Shown here: piece after piece, positions 25,133 to 39,795 of the stretch | How the letters are laid out: each line of letters starts with the position of its first letter | How positions within the stretch are numbered: the stretch's first letter is position 1 | Assembly (NCBI GenBank): GCA_964057225.1 | Contig: OZ059895.1 | Coordinates: 14,384,001 to 14,448,000, forward strand | DNA: 64,000 bases | Source: Auanema rhodensis | Taxonomy: Eukaryota; Animalia; Nematoda | Direction of reading: 5' to 3' | Notes under the pieces: generated by a model | Database searches by the model: none | What the model was told of the DNA's origin: nothing | What the model saw: only the letters and a program-made list of their open reading frames with translations | Position numbers and translations under genes: made by a program

Positions 25133-26670
25133 GTGATATCGAGTGTAAGATATGTGTACATGTTGATTATACATCGCGCTATAATCTAAGCAATGTCTGC
25201 GACTAAAGCTTTGATCAACTGATACCTAGACATCTGATACTACCGTAATCCTAAAAAAAAGAAGGAATCCCCATGGAATCAACGACAGTTTCTATATCTG
25301 GACGGAATCTCCATCTGCTAGAGTCTTATATGCCTTAAGGGGAAAGACAAGTGAAGGCTTTGTCAGGCAGGCGAATGAGAATCCAAGGAACGACCAGCAA
25401 AAAGCGAAAAAGACACAGCGAATCTAGAGACAGAAGGACGATGAAGGCACAGAATCAGCTCCAAAATGCAGCCAGATATGGCTGATGACTATAAATTGGA
25501 TGCGCAAATGGCGCGTTTTATGTGATTTCTGAAATGGCTTACTGGTAGAATGGCTACTGCACGTCGTCTGTAGTGCAAAGAAGCTTCAGAACAGATCGAT
25601 TTACTGGATTTCATCTTGTCAGAGATGAATTCGGGAATGTCTTCTGCTTCTCATCAGGTTCAAGTTGTAACCTCTAATTATACTTCCAACTTAGGCTACT
25701 ATGAGCAAAGGATTAGCGAAGAAGATGAAGTCAAGTAAGCAGTTTAGAGTTGATCGTTCTAGTCTTTACGTAACAACATTCTCTCTTACACCTTCCGGTT
25801 CCATTCGCATAGCTTTTTCTGCCAAAAAAAAACGTTGGTCACCGGAACAAGACGACGACATCGTGACGCCTTCTATGGTAATTCTAGTAGATTGTGTTAT
25901 TTCGTCCCAGGAACACGACCATGAGTATAATTGGAGAGCAGACAGTATAGAAAAGGGATATAGAAGTATAAAATTGGATGCAAAAAATACAATCTAGAAT
26001 AGATATTGCGAGAATAATCGGTTGTAATTGAATATGAGATGTTGTAATTCTGAATTCCTAGTTAGTACACACGATTTGCAACATGGAAGAAGGGAAAGGC
26101 AAAGAAAAATCTACAGTATCTTGGGCGATCAGTACTAAGAAATGCAAAACACGCAACATCTAGGCTATAAAGAGCATGACACGGGAGAGGCAAAATTCAT
26201 CAAAATTGCATCACCTACTAAAATAATAATAATTTCTTGAAAAACTAAAGGCAATAAGTTGGGTTATATATAGGTAGGTTGCTGGATAAGCTTGTTGGTG
26301 AAAACAAGTTGGGAAATGCAAAATTCTCGTACCGGCCTCGTATCATCCGAAGAATAACTAGCAGCAGGGGGGCCCGGTTTACCACCATCACCACAAATAC
26401 ACATGAAACTGCTCCTCCTTTTTATTCTTATAATTGGCCATCAGTCTATTTTATGGTATTGGCCCAATATGCCTGACGAACTCACGATTACATGCAGTCT
26501 TTCTTCTACACATTCAACGCAGGTGATGCTCGTTAAGAAAATCTGCTGGGGTTCCTAGGACAACTATTCTAACGTTCCCCTGTATGAAATCATAAACTCA
26601 CTGTACAATTATTTTATTTCCCGTAAAAAAGGCAAGAAAAAGCATAAACTCTAACAAAATTATCATCTAA

Positions 26671-29600
26671 TCAAGACCAATCGTCATCATCATCTGCATT
26701 ATCTTCATCTGCAGTTCGTCTTCGTTTGGGCTCCAAAAAGTATTCGCTGATATCCGGCTTCGGGTGTTTGTCGAAAGCCATATGTGTCTTTTCAGCATCC
26801 CGGAATGTATCACTTGATAGATTTACCTTAAGACAATAAGAATAACCCTATATTCAAGTGATATAACATACTTGTCCTAAAACATCTAACTTTCTCTGAA
26901 TCATATCCCAGATAATATCATCAGCTGTGTGACGGGCTACCAAATACTGTACAAAAACTGAATCCTTTTGTCCTACACGATGTGCTCGATCTTCTGCCTG
27001 AACACTACTGTTAGAAAACATTTAGAAGTGAGAACATACTTGAAGAAGAGTTCCTGGATTCCAATGTAATTCAGCGAATACGACAACAGTCGCGGCCGTT
27101 AAAGTAATTCCAACACCTGCAGATGTTACTGATAGTACAGCTACCATCACATCAGGATCTTCCTAGAAATAGAAAAACATTTAAAAAGCGGTGAACATGT
27201 TTAGAAAGAACCTGGAATGATTTACATAGTTCTCCTCTTCTATGACTAGGCGTTGTTCCATCTATTCTAATACATTTCAAATTCTTTTTTTGAACCTAAA
27301 CGAATCGCCTTAATCTTCTAAGTATTAATGATTGCACATACTTCAACCATAATTGTATCTAAAACAATCTGATGATGAGCAAAAATCAAAACTTTTCGAG
27401 GAGGAGCATCACTATAGAAATAGTTGTCAATAATATGACTACACACAGCTGCCGCCTAAAATAAATGTATAAACTTATGCTGTATACGGCTTATTACTTT
27501 TACAATTCCTGTCATACTGAAATACTCAAGTAGTGAATCATGTCCATCATTTTGATTCTAAAAATCTATTTTTTAGGAAAAAGATAAACTCTTTGTCTTA
27601 CACTAGAATTGTTATTTCTTTCAAACGCCTGCTTAGCTTTAAGTAGACCGTCCATTCGATCATTAATCGAATCGCCAGATAGATATACAACCTTGAGCAT
27701 ATTTATGTTGTTGGAAAGTTCTTCGAAATTGTTTTACCTCTCTTCGTTTATCGGGGAGATCTTTAAGGACATCATTCTTCAATCTTCTAATCATAACTTT
27801 TTTCATCAAAATAGCTGCTAATTCCTCACTGTTAGTGCATCCTTTAGCCTTTAAATTGACTTTACTTTATAATGATGGATTATTCGATATATACTTCGAA
27901 ACAGAATCGTCCTTGTTTACCATCACAGTACCTGATCGCAAACTGCTGGAAATTTGGGAATAATCTCTGGTTAATTATGCGAATTTGAGAAAATAATTCA
28001 GCTGGACGAGAAAGAGCAGGAGTACCAGACAACATAATCACCCGATTTGCTATTCTCTGAAAGACGAATAAAACTATGCTCTTTCGTATTAGCTTACAGC
28101 GAGATCAGTAGCAACTTGAGTTCTTTTGGCTTTCGAATCTTTGAGTAAGTGACATTCATCCTAAATAAACTAATTAATATTAATTACAGTGATTCTATGT
28201 TACCAATATAATTACTTGATAAGCTAATTTAGCTAATTCTTTATGTTTCAAGACCATTTGATCATATGATATTATAACTACCTGAATTTTAAATTAATAT
28301 ACGAATTATATTAATATTTTACCGTATTAGATGTTCTCATGTCAGGCATAGGATCAGAGCCTTTTTCGATTACAGAGATCCTATTGATGATAGGTAAAAA
28401 TGTATTAAATTGCTGAAATAAAGAAAATCTGAATAAAACATACTATTTCTAAATTACGATTTTCCAAGCATATTTTACAGAAGAAGGACAAACGATGAGC
28501 AAAGGCCACTCTGATCTGAAAAGCATATCAAAAGAAATGGATAAAAAGAAAAGATAGGTAATACCTGTAATATCTTGCAACAGTTATAGCTTGCAACGAT
28601 TTTCCCAGCCCCATTTCATCAGCTATAATAACTCTGCCTCGTCTTTCCAATGCAAAGCTAAACAATTTGGAGATCAAGTATTAGTGCATGAATTACTTCT
28701 TAATTACATTACTCCATCTTTTTGATAAGGGAAGAGAACTTTGACTAATGTAGGATCCATCATTACAAATAAATTATTTGGAATAGCTTCTTTTCTATCA
28801 TCGGCTAATAAACTTAAAACTTCTATAGGAATATTTACAACTGATACATTAACTTCCTGAAATATAGTTGTATTATAGTTCAATTATGAAGGAGATATCT
28901 GCCTCACTGTTAAATTAGATAAAGAAGATTCCAACTTCTTCATTTCTGAATATTTTACACTCCAAATTTTTTCCTTTTCATCATAAAATCGATTATCCAT
29001 TGGTAAGCATTTAATTGTATTCACAATTGCAGAGTGAAACGGTTGCATTTGAATCTAAAATCTATTCATATCATGCTATATTTTCTTCAGACAGACCTTA
29101 AACCGATCAGAATTGAAAATTTTGAAAGTTACTACGATGTTAGGCTTGGGCAGATGGGCATTTGATCCAGAAAATATTGGAGCAATCTCAAATAGTATTT
29201 CTATGTTTTTTTTATCAGAAAAGAAACAACCTTTTTAACAGGTAATGGAGGATGTGCAACAGTATTAGATTGTTTTAGAGGCTGCTACAGATATTATTTC
29301 GTTTAATTTTTCAAAGAAACTAACTTTATAAAATAGCGTACTATCAGTAGGTTTATATGAATTTGAATTTGGGGGAATATTTACTATATTACTTTTTGCT
29401 ACGCTCAGAGGAGCAGAACTATTAACATTCTGAACAAAATTATTTTCCTTAAAACCTTGGATATAATCACCTGCTTAGCCTGCAATGACTTCGGTAAAGT
29501 GGCAGCAACAGGATCAAACGACGCCTGAATTCAGCATGGCGTTATAAAAGATTAAGATTTAACACGGAAGACTAACCGTTTGCACGTTCCCACCCGTTGT

Positions 29601-29705
29601 TGCTGCAGCAGCTTCACGTGCTTTACGGGCTGCAGCTCGTTTCAGAGCTTCAGCCTTACTACGAGCGATGCGAGCACGTTCTTCATCAGTTAACGGACGT
29701 TGCAT
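26671..29705 (-). CDS. smrc-1: SMARCAL1/HARP-type SNF2 annealing helicase (multi-exon)
   Basis: N-terminal RPA-binding-like helix [31 protein letters not shown]2 motifs [40 protein letters not shown] and [23 protein letters not shown]. Ends DDDDDWS*. Confidence 0.93.
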
Positions 29706-30126
29706 CAAAATCCTGAAGTTGTCGCATTGTCAGCTTTTTCAATTTTAGCAACTCATTATAGAAGAGAAGGCTTCATTTACATATTATCAGTTAACTATAG
29801 CTTTTATTATGGATAACTAAAGAAAATGGGCGTGGCTTAAAATTAAAAGAAATTTTGAATTAGGTTTGTGTCATATACCTTTCGCAATAGGGCGAGTAGA
29901 ACTAAAGGTTTTGGTTATGTATAAACAATGTTCATGAAAACAGTGATAAAGGGTGTTGCAAACAGGCATCAACAAGAATTCAACGTAAATACCGAAATTT
30001 TATTTCAAACAATCAATTATTATTTCAATCTCATATGACTTTGTTGCTAAGGCATAATGCTTATAACCGTAATAATACTCTTATGTGATTTCAATGAAAC
30101 TTATGCAAATGTATTATATTCAAAAA

Positions 30127-31649
30127 TTAAAAAACTATCTTCCATTTAGCTGGCTGCTCACACTCTTTCTCATCGTCTCCACACATACGATTGAATGTTG
30201 TTTCAGGTTTAAATCCTAGAATTTCTCTATCTTCTTGTATTCTATAAGAGAAGGTCGAGACATGGCTTCCGGTGAAATATCTAGCATGTGAACAGATAAT
30301 CTAAGAATAAAATATTACGAAAAAAGATTAAGAATTTCTTACCTGATCAACTATGGCAATCTCTCCATCAGTTAAATCTTCATTTGTAAAGGTAAAAACC
30401 TCACTCTTGACCAACTTTTTCAAATCTTTAAGCTCATGTGCTTCTGCATCAGTTGCCAGAAATACTTTGCTAACTTTATACTTTTGAGCCAAATCATTGA
30501 GCTAAAATGTGTCTTTTGAGAAATTGAATTATGAAGAATTTTACAATTTTTGCTGTTCCTTTAATCGAAGGCAAATTGTTACCGTGAGCTCTTAAAAAGT
30601 CTCTTCTCCGCCAGTGTGCACAAATGTAGGGACCACCTACAGCATTTCTATTTGAAGTTTCATCCCTCCAGGATGGAGGAAGAATTGTTTGATCGGATTC
30701 ATCGTTCGATCCCAATTGCAAATTTCTACAAGGACTAATTAGTAAAAACTCTGATAAAGTAATAACTACCTAAATTCTTGAGCTATATTGACAAGGTGGT
30801 TAGAATAGCGCATACTTCTACGAGCTCGCCAATATTGAACTCCACCATATTCTTCATGAAGAATCGTCTCTCCACGATCAATAAAAATGCTGGTTGAATT
30901 TGGATATATTTTCATAATTAGATCTCTTAAAGTTCCTGATTCCCCTTGAATAGAAACGCATTCAAAGTTATTGGCTTGAACATTTGAATACGAGAAAAAC
31001 CATCCATTCCTAGAAATTTCGAAAATTTTTCAACGGAAAATATGTCTTACCATTTCGCAGTATCTTTATTAAACCTATAATACTTCTGTCCATCCAAACA
31101 ATCTCTTTGGTCGAACTTCAATTCATAACTAGAGCCCCAACCTTCAATATAATGTTGAAGATAAACAACATTGTCAATAATTCCATCCGGATTTTCTTAA
31201 AGCATAAATCATATTGAAACTTTAAAAGATAAATGAAACCTTCCAAAAATTGTTCAAACTCTATAACAGGTACAAAATCATTTAAACTATCTAAATCAAA
31301 GAAAAATTTCCACGGAACTTTAGTTTTTTGTCTGTTCCAATGAAATAATCCTCCCCATGGAGGTAAAACAAGCACATAATTCTCTCCTAAACAATATAAT
31401 TAATTTATAAGAATGTAAAAGTATCAAATCACCTAATTCTCGAAGTAAACGGACACTATTAGCAATTCTCATATAAACATCCCGTCTTAGATTAAAACCT
31501 TCTCCACGATTAGCATCATATATCAAATATTTCCTTTCTTTAGCTATGCTGTATTTGCTTTTATCTACTTTTGAAACTGTATCATCCGCATATATGTGTA
31601 AAACCAGAAATATCGTTATCCATAACAATACCCTCATACCTATATGCAT
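30127..31649 (-). CDS. pad-2: GDP-fucose protein O-fucosyltransferase 2 (POFUT2)
   Basis: Signal peptide, then [71 protein letters not shown] and [11 protein letters not shown]. The start could be 31637. Confidence 0.95.
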
Positions 31650-31930
31650 ATATACATTTCAAATATATAAAGAAGCATAAGTATATAAAACGATTTTCAT
31701 TACTCATTCTCACAATTAAAACAATTTTATTAAAAAAATTTAATTAAAAAAAAAGAAAAGTGACTAGATAAAACGAATATCACAAAAAATGGATATTTAA
31801 GAAGAACGTATAAAGCATCACAGTCAAAAGCACTATTTCTACTACTGGTTACACCAGACTAACAGTGAAAGTGGGCATTTTGCCTTTTGATAGATCAGTA
31901 GTAAAGCTTGCGTGAAAACAACGAAAATTA

Positions 31931-34900
31931 TTACTTTTTGGGCTTTATTGTAATCGGAGAAGCAGGTTTGCTCTTACTAGTTAGACCAGCCAAAAATGCT
32001 CCTGCAGAACGAGGTAATGTGTTCAAACCAGAATTATGCTGTCCTTCTTGCTAAAATAAAAAAAATTAGTCCGCTTCCACGTAGCAATGATATTTACAAT
32101 GCTTTGAGACATTAAAGATGGAATCCCCGTCATTGTGTTATAATGAAATGTCTGGGTTTCATCACCGCTCTCATGATCCTTGTAGTATGTCATAGCTTAA
32201 AGTTTAATTCATAATTATTTACAGAGAACTATGCATACATTTTGACATTCCACGAGGCGCAATTCCATAAACTTCTATTGCGTATGAAATTTTCTTGATC
32301 CAACTTAAAAAAAAAAGATAAAGGATACACATAATAAGATCTTATTAATACCTTTTCATATCATGAGGATTGTAACTAGAGAAATAGTAATCCAAATTAC
32401 ATTTAGAGACACGGAATACACTGAAAAATATTTTATACTTGTTAAAGTTTATCAAAGAAAGAATGCAACCAATTTGAACATCTATCATGACAAAAGCAAC
32501 AAAACGTATTAACTGGCTTCAAATTAATACGTTACGTTGTAGTTTTGGAATGAATATTTAGAGATAAATTATACATAAACTTACTTCTTCTTTGAAGTTT
32601 TAATATCAACAACATCAGAAACTATACATTTAGATATGTTAAGAGTAAAATCGGATTTTTTCGCCTTCAAAGAGTCATATTAGAAGAGTGATGTTTCGGA
32701 AAACTTACATGTTGATTGGGATACGTGCTTAAATTGGGACCTCTCAAGCACATCCAGCACTTAGGCCATTTGTTTGTACTTTCAGATAATTCTCTCCCAC
32801 TTTTTCTAAATATATGAGGTTATTAGCAAAACGGAATGAACCATTACCTTCTTCTGATCCATCCTTCAAATATTTTATCCCCACTGGCAAAATAAGGCGT
32901 CGTTGGAGTAGGAGGAATATCCTCACCACTCCCAGCAGAATTTTCTAGTAAAGGACTGGCAAGAAGTTTATAAGGGGCAGGACTGCATGCACTATTAATT
33001 GAAGACGCTGAAGGACTCGGTTGAACATTGAATACAGGGAAAATATCATCACTGGCGAAGGGCAAATTTCTGAAGTTAAAAACATTATGTCTGCCGTAGA
33101 GAAATTATACTCACGTTGGGGACATTAAACGCAAACTAGCTAATACAGTTTCCCCGACAGGGAAACGACTGAAGCGTTTCCCAACACTCTCATTAGGTGG
33201 AGCTGACCAATCTGCATCAGTAACTTGTGGCTCGACTATGTTCAGATTTGCTAATTCGGACGATTCAACAATGGTAATTGAAGCAAATTCGGCTGGGCCT
33301 AAGAAAATTGAAATAGGAAAACAATTGCTGAATCAAACTAACAAATGACATTATCTGTCACTACGTCTTCCTCTATTTCGTGCACTAATTTGTTATCAAT
33401 AAAAGAGCGAACATAGCCGTCAGGTTGATGGCGCATTGTTCTTGCCCGCCTGACAACATGAGACTCTTTCGGATCAGGCCGTCTAAAAGTATGATAAATG
33501 TTTCAATTTTCAAAATTTTAAAAACCCAAGTAATTCCATAAGATTCCAGTCTAATCGACGATGTTCATCTTCGTCATTACACTTCTTCTCCCGACCACAA
33601 CTAATTGAGGCACGTCGTTTTCTCACAACTTTTTGACTTAAATATGAACCATTTTAGCTGATGTACATAAGGAAAAACGCTTACTTATTCTCAATTTTAT
33701 TAATTTCGTCTCGATGGTACTTTTCGATTTTCTGTAAAGTTGTAACAAAAGTAGAAGACCGACGACGATTAAGCGGGTAATTTAATCCCTAAATTATCAT
33801 TTTCGTATTAGCATATTTTAAATATTCCGAACCTTAATGACTCCTTTTTCATGCTCTCCGGTATAAGCAGCTTGACTCCCGGGAGCTAATTTGCCTAACG
33901 GTTTGGTTGTTATTTTTGGAGCATTACGAAGAGAGACAGGAACAGTATCACGCGGTCTTTTATTAACAACAAGTCTTAATTCCAAATCAACTGTTGATCC
34001 TAATCGTTCAGCTACTCTCACTAGATCCCAACCGATAACCTTGAAAAATGAATCAGTTGAGATGGAGAGCGATTTTAAGAAAACATACCATTCTTCCATT
34101 AATTTGTAAAATTTCATCTCCAGCATCAATCTTCCCACATACATCAGCGGGCGATCTCACCTTTATCTCACTAATTACGTGAACGCCTCGATATGAAGAT
34201 TGTAAATTGATACCCTAAGATTAAAAGATAACAATCGTCCGTACATGGCATAAAGTTACCCAGTTTACTTCGCTCTTGGACCGTTTTAACAGAGCGTGTT
34301 CAGTATGTGCTGTGTATAATATTGCTGGATCGTCATTTTCTCTGATTATTGCTAAACATAACTCTCCAAGATCGTCAGATGCCTATAATATTTAAACAAA
34401 TTTTCTTGATTATATCTGTTTTCTTACTTGAATAATATCATCCGACATATTGAATAGGGATCGAGGTGGAACATTTGCATTACGAACCAAGCATAATATC
34501 AAATCCGTTATCTTATTTCTCCATTCATTATATAATTCATTCTCATCAAAAGGACTTCTTCAAAATTTCTTTGTATAATTAAAATGATTAAAAAGTAACA
34601 AGAACCTGTCAAGCCAAAAAATTAATCTTTTTATGTCTTCAACTAGGTTTGAAATGTCAATTGTAATATTGTTTAAAATAGAAACGATTTCTGATCTTCG
34701 ACTTGCCTATAAAGATTACCTTGTTGTTTATTTATATCAATGTGTCGTACCTTCTCTCTTCGAGCAATTGCTTGTATCATCGTTTGCCGCACTGAGTTAC
34801 AGCTTACTGCTACTCTCATTGCCAATATTTGCAGATTTTCGCGAGGAGCTTCATTGCACTAAAGTTAACTCAATTAGGGTCATATATTTTTGATTTAAAA

Positions 34901-35251
34901 ACTGACAAAGTAAGTCAGAAGTTCAATAGCTTGGATAATAAGTTTTCTGGTTCCCAGGCCACTAATTCCAATATTGCATAATGCCTGGTTATCTATCAAA
35001 AGTAAATGTTTACCACTTTTTATATTATTTTTAATCATGGCTGTAAATGGATTCATACAATCTCCAAGACCTAAACAATGAAATTGCAAAAATCAGATAG
35101 TCAACTCGTTACCTTCTAGCCATTTCGAAATATGTTTCCCTGACCATGCTTCTACTTGTTGTCGAAGCCAAAACGGGTCTTCAGTGGCGTCTATCGAACG
35201 AGTTTGAGACATTGCCTCTTTGTTCTTAATAAGAAATTGATGATGCCTCAT
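31931..35251 (-). CDS. cnk-1: Connector enhancer of KSR (SAM-CRIC-PDZ-PH scaffold)
   Basis: [102 protein letters not shown]. Ends ITIKPKK*. Confidence 0.92.
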
Positions 35252-36433
35252 TTTGTCGTCATATATTGTTCGTTATCCTCATCTGTAATTTGATTTTTAA
35301 TCCAAATATAAACAATAATTAATATTCAATAATAATGCGCGACTTTTAAATAACTAACGAATAACGAAGAAAACTTAATTTGAATAATACTTTAAAGCAG
35401 CCTTCTTTTGAAATAGAGTGACATCACCAAAAAGTAAATATCTTTAAACCTTCAAATCATTAAAGAAACATTTATTTGCGAACATAGACGTACCCAACGT
35501 CAATAAAAAACAAAATGACGCGAGTAACATTAGTTAAGATGTATTTTAAACATAGGGAGCTGTAAATCTGATTTTAAAAAAATATTCATAACATATTATG
35601 TATATTAAAATAGCATGCATTTGATTCAAAATTTGATGACACTCTAACTTTATGTAAAAACGCTTTTATAATCTCATATGCCAGATAGTCAGCTGATAAG
35701 ATTAACAGCCATTCAGAGTTTTCCGAGTCTGTGTGATATGAGCAAAGTGTGCAACGCCATTCAAATAAGCAGAAGCCTTCCTCAACCTGTTCAATATTAC
35801 GACGCAGTTTTGCGTATTAAAAAATATTTTTTATAAATAAATTGATGCCTAGACTGTTAGAACAATAAAACATCGCAGAATCCAAACTGATTATTCTGAT
35901 AATTTCAATAATACAGTGCATATTGTTCTTATGACAAACTTACATTTTTCTATTAAGCTGTTGAAATGTTTTCTCATATATTTCTTTCAAAAAATTGAGA
36001 TGAATATGATCTCTACTTTCATTATTGCTGAGATAATAATCAATTTTTGAGTATTTAAGAAGCCTCTTAGAAAACGTATTAGACGCTTTGTTGACTTCTA
36101 TACATATTTATGAGCGTAGGCTGTTATCCTTCGAAGCGCAATCCAAAAATGTTTGGAGCCCTTCATCAACCCCTCGTCTCTTGTAATTATAATTATTTAG
36201 TTTTATATATCAAATGTATTTCTCTCTCGTATAGTTTAACATGGCGCTTCATAAAAAGCATATACGAGAACATACGTATGTTGTTTTTATATCGAAAGTT
36301 CTTCAATGTATGGTTGTCTCCATATGCGTTGAATCATAAAATAAATATATGAAGTTTTATTAGTCCAGCTACTTTGTATTCTCAACAAGATGTATAAATA
36401 AGATTCTCTCCAAATAAACCTAATATTTTAGGG

Positions 36434-39400
36434 ATGGATGAGGATAATGCTCATGACATTTATAAATATATGTGCAAAACTAGTTCAGAAGATCAAGATG
36501 AGGTATCTGTAACATATAAAAATAAAAGTTTTACTTCCAAGGTGATATTATCCCATCTTTTATTTATACTTATTCAAAATTCAGTTGTCTATACACGGTA
36601 ATATTCTTTGTTGTAATGCTACACAAGAAGCACAGGAACCACTTATATTCGTTCTGGAAGGATTCACAATTCGAAAAAACCAGGTTTATCCATTTTATGC
36701 TGGGACTTGAAAAAACATTGACAAAATCTCAGAATGATAGCAAAGAACTCCTCTTGGGATTTGCTGATTCATCGGAGAATGCAGCTTTAAAATTCAGCTC
36801 TGACGAGATTCTTGAGAAATGGATAGTCCGAGTAATTCAATGAAAAGCTGATTATCATAAATTTAATCTTTTCTCAGATTGCAACGTGTTCGCATCAAAT
36901 GCTACGGGCAGGTCTGGACGAACTAGCTTACAAGTTTTATACAATGTCCACACAAGATGATCCAAGCCCAGATTCTCCTCCTTCATCTTTTCATAGTTTT
37001 TACCTTACTAACCCTTACCGCTGTACACACAATTTTGCTATATCTCAGGTGATCCTCTCTCTTCTTTAAAAAAAGAAAACGTTCTTGTTTTAGCAAAATA
37101 ATCTCCCTGCACGACGAATAGTTGTTGAAGAGACTTTATGGGAGTCTAAATTATCTACATTACTGCCTACTGAGATGATTAAGTCTTATAGAAAATGGAT
37201 AGCTGAGTTGGTTTTTCATACAGACATGCGGTTAGGTAGTCTCACTTTTCAGGTTCTCTTATCTATTAGAATCCCGTCAACGTTCTTGGCCGAGCTTCGC
37301 TATACCTGCGCTACATGAGGTCTTACGTGAAGTTCGTGAAAATGCGGAAACATTTGAACAGTGTTACGAGTTTATGAACGTTTATTCTGTGAGTTTTTAT
37401 TGTTCATACTTCATGTAGTTCTTTCTATTTTCAAGGGACCTTCATTCCGTAAATCAACTGAAAAGCATAGAGTTGCATTTGCTAACGTTCCTACTAATCT
37501 TCATCTTCAGGTATATTTTTTGAGTAATTCTTACGTAAACATATATTTTTAGTCTTTTGGTTTATCTAAAATGTCTACCAAAGAGGTGCTTACCTGCGGA
37601 ACCGCTTCAGCTATTCCTTTACGTTTTCAAGTATGTCTTAAGAGTCCATACATTAGATTGAATTTCTTTTTTAGAATGGTGGATTGAGTAGAATGTGTAC
37701 AGCTTTAGAAGTTGATCCTAGTTATCATGATTTTGCTTTCTGGAGTAAAAGGCAATCAATACTATCTTTGAAAAAAAATATTGGAGAACTCAGTCATCGG
37801 TTTGTAATGGCTCATCATAGTTTTCCATAACTTGTATTTAGGTTGGAAAGTGAATGGAAAATTGCCGATTTTGGAAAACCCGACAAAGTATGTTTAGAAA
37901 TGAGTGCAGGAATAAAACAAGTATGAATTACACAATTTATATATATTGATGCTTTGATATTCTAAGGTATATGAAGGCTTGAAAGATGCTGTAATATGGA
38001 CAAGTAGTGTCGAACAATGTGCTGATATTCTGTTAGAGGAAGAACGTCGTAGAGCTGATTTGGGGATTAAGGTTTAATGCCAGATTACATATCTATTTCA
38101 ATGTTCTATTTTAAGGTTGAAAATCGTGTACCTGATAGCTTACGTAATCAAATTGACACAATTGATGCCATGATTATCAGTCTTAATACTAAAATAGCAG
38201 TTATTGATACCTTAGATGATGCTCAGGTTGCTTGTTCCATGTAAAAATCTTTGTAGTATTCATTTGTTTCTAGTCCGAGAGACGAAGCTATGAGAAAAGC
38301 GCAAGAGAAGCTCTATCTAACTGCTTGGATTTATTAATTGTATTTGCTGATTCTCTTCTGGAATCACAGTTCTTCGGCTTAGGTATTCATGAAAATACAG
38401 GGCAACAACTAGTATTATCATTATTTTTTCAGTTCTTGCTTTGAGTAAACCATCATTGGCTCATAACTACTTCCATATACAGCTACGTTCCGACTTTGTA
38501 TTGTCTCAGGTATGTTGTGTGGAAAGAAACATTTCTTATTATTTAAATTAAGGCTGCAACCATTGGAGCTACAGCAATTCTTAGCAGAATTCATTGTGGC
38601 TGGCCAGTTCATGGAGGTATTTTTCACTCTTTCTTTTAAAGTTATCTTGTCTCATACTTTGAAATCAATGTTTTTACTTCTTTTTCACAACACTGCCTTG
38701 TATTGATTCCGAAACATATTTTCATCATAGGAGTTGCTCCTGATCTGTTGCTGACTGTATTTTCATTCTTATCAGCATATGGTGATGAACGAGGAATGGC
38801 AGAAGATGCATGGGAAGCTTGGAAGTGAACATAAGCTTTAATAATTTTTCTCAAGCTGTTATTACAGAATGTTGGGTGCTCGAGTTGAATTTATTCCAGT
38901 GAGAGCTCCTTCCACTGTTTGTAGAAACTGTATTCCAATGATTAATGGCTCCAGAAATAAAATTAAGGTAAATTTTTCGATATTTAAGTTTCATATTCAT
39001 ATTTTTTAGATATCAATTCCTCTTCCTCATGAAACATTCGACAATCTTCCACAAGAGCTCAAGAACAAACCAAGTATCAAAGTTCATCCATGCTTCTTCA
39101 ATATTGGGGTTGTTTGAAAATATTTGAATCTGGCTTATTTCTTAATGTTTTAGGTAAATCACGAAGCCACTTTAGGACAATCTTTTGGTGGAATATCATT
39201 TGAGACTGCTATTAACCAAGATGGTGCTGATCGCCTAAATCACTATGCCAATCGAGTAGAATGCTCTACCACTGCACGAGAAAATGTCGCCCAGCTTGTT
39301 AATGCTGTGAGTATCTTGAAATCTGAATGTTTTATAATAATTTGTTTCTTTGCTTAGGTTACGTTAGAACCATCTCGTAAGAATTTACAAATTTTTGAAT

Positions 39401-39795
39401 ATGGCGTAGCTGCATGTGACGAGCTAAATGGAGTTTCTGTGTTTTGTTGCAAAAGTGGAAAAGATAGAACAGGAATGGCGGTAACTCTCGAACAAGGATG
39501 GACCCTTCAACAAACATGCGGACTCAATTCTTCTCAAGTATTCAATATCATATTTTATGCACTTTTATTTGCTATTTTCAGGTGAATGAAGTTGTAGCTT
39601 CACTTCGCAAAGATGGAGTTCGAAGAGAAAATTGCCGAAAAAATGTTGGCAAAAATATTTATTCTTTTAGTCCTTTCCAAATGCACTTTTTACCAAAGGT
39701 ACGATTCCAGTTTGTTTTGATTTCTATTTATTTGTTTTTGTTTTCAGTCTTTCCGTCCACCAACGGGTACATACGCTCAGGGAGTTGCTAGCTAA
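36434..39795 (+). CDS. Inositol polyphosphate 4-phosphatase (INPP4A/B family)
   Basis: Catalytic [16 protein letters not shown], plus [27 protein letters not shown] and FRPPTGTY. Start inferred from TTTTAG GG ATG and less certain. Confidence 0.9.

Noticed and set aside
470-29800. Frequent TAACTATA/TATAGTTA motif
   Set aside because: AT-rich 8-mer that also occurs outside the Hox region. The apparent enrichment is modest and cannot be established without counting.
35530-36400. Small minus-strand gene between cnk-1 and INPP4 (exon-like open segments 35944-36065 and 35649-35786)
   Set aside because: Could not build a unique phase-consistent model with a start codon, and no recognisable domain. 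Needs RNA-seq.
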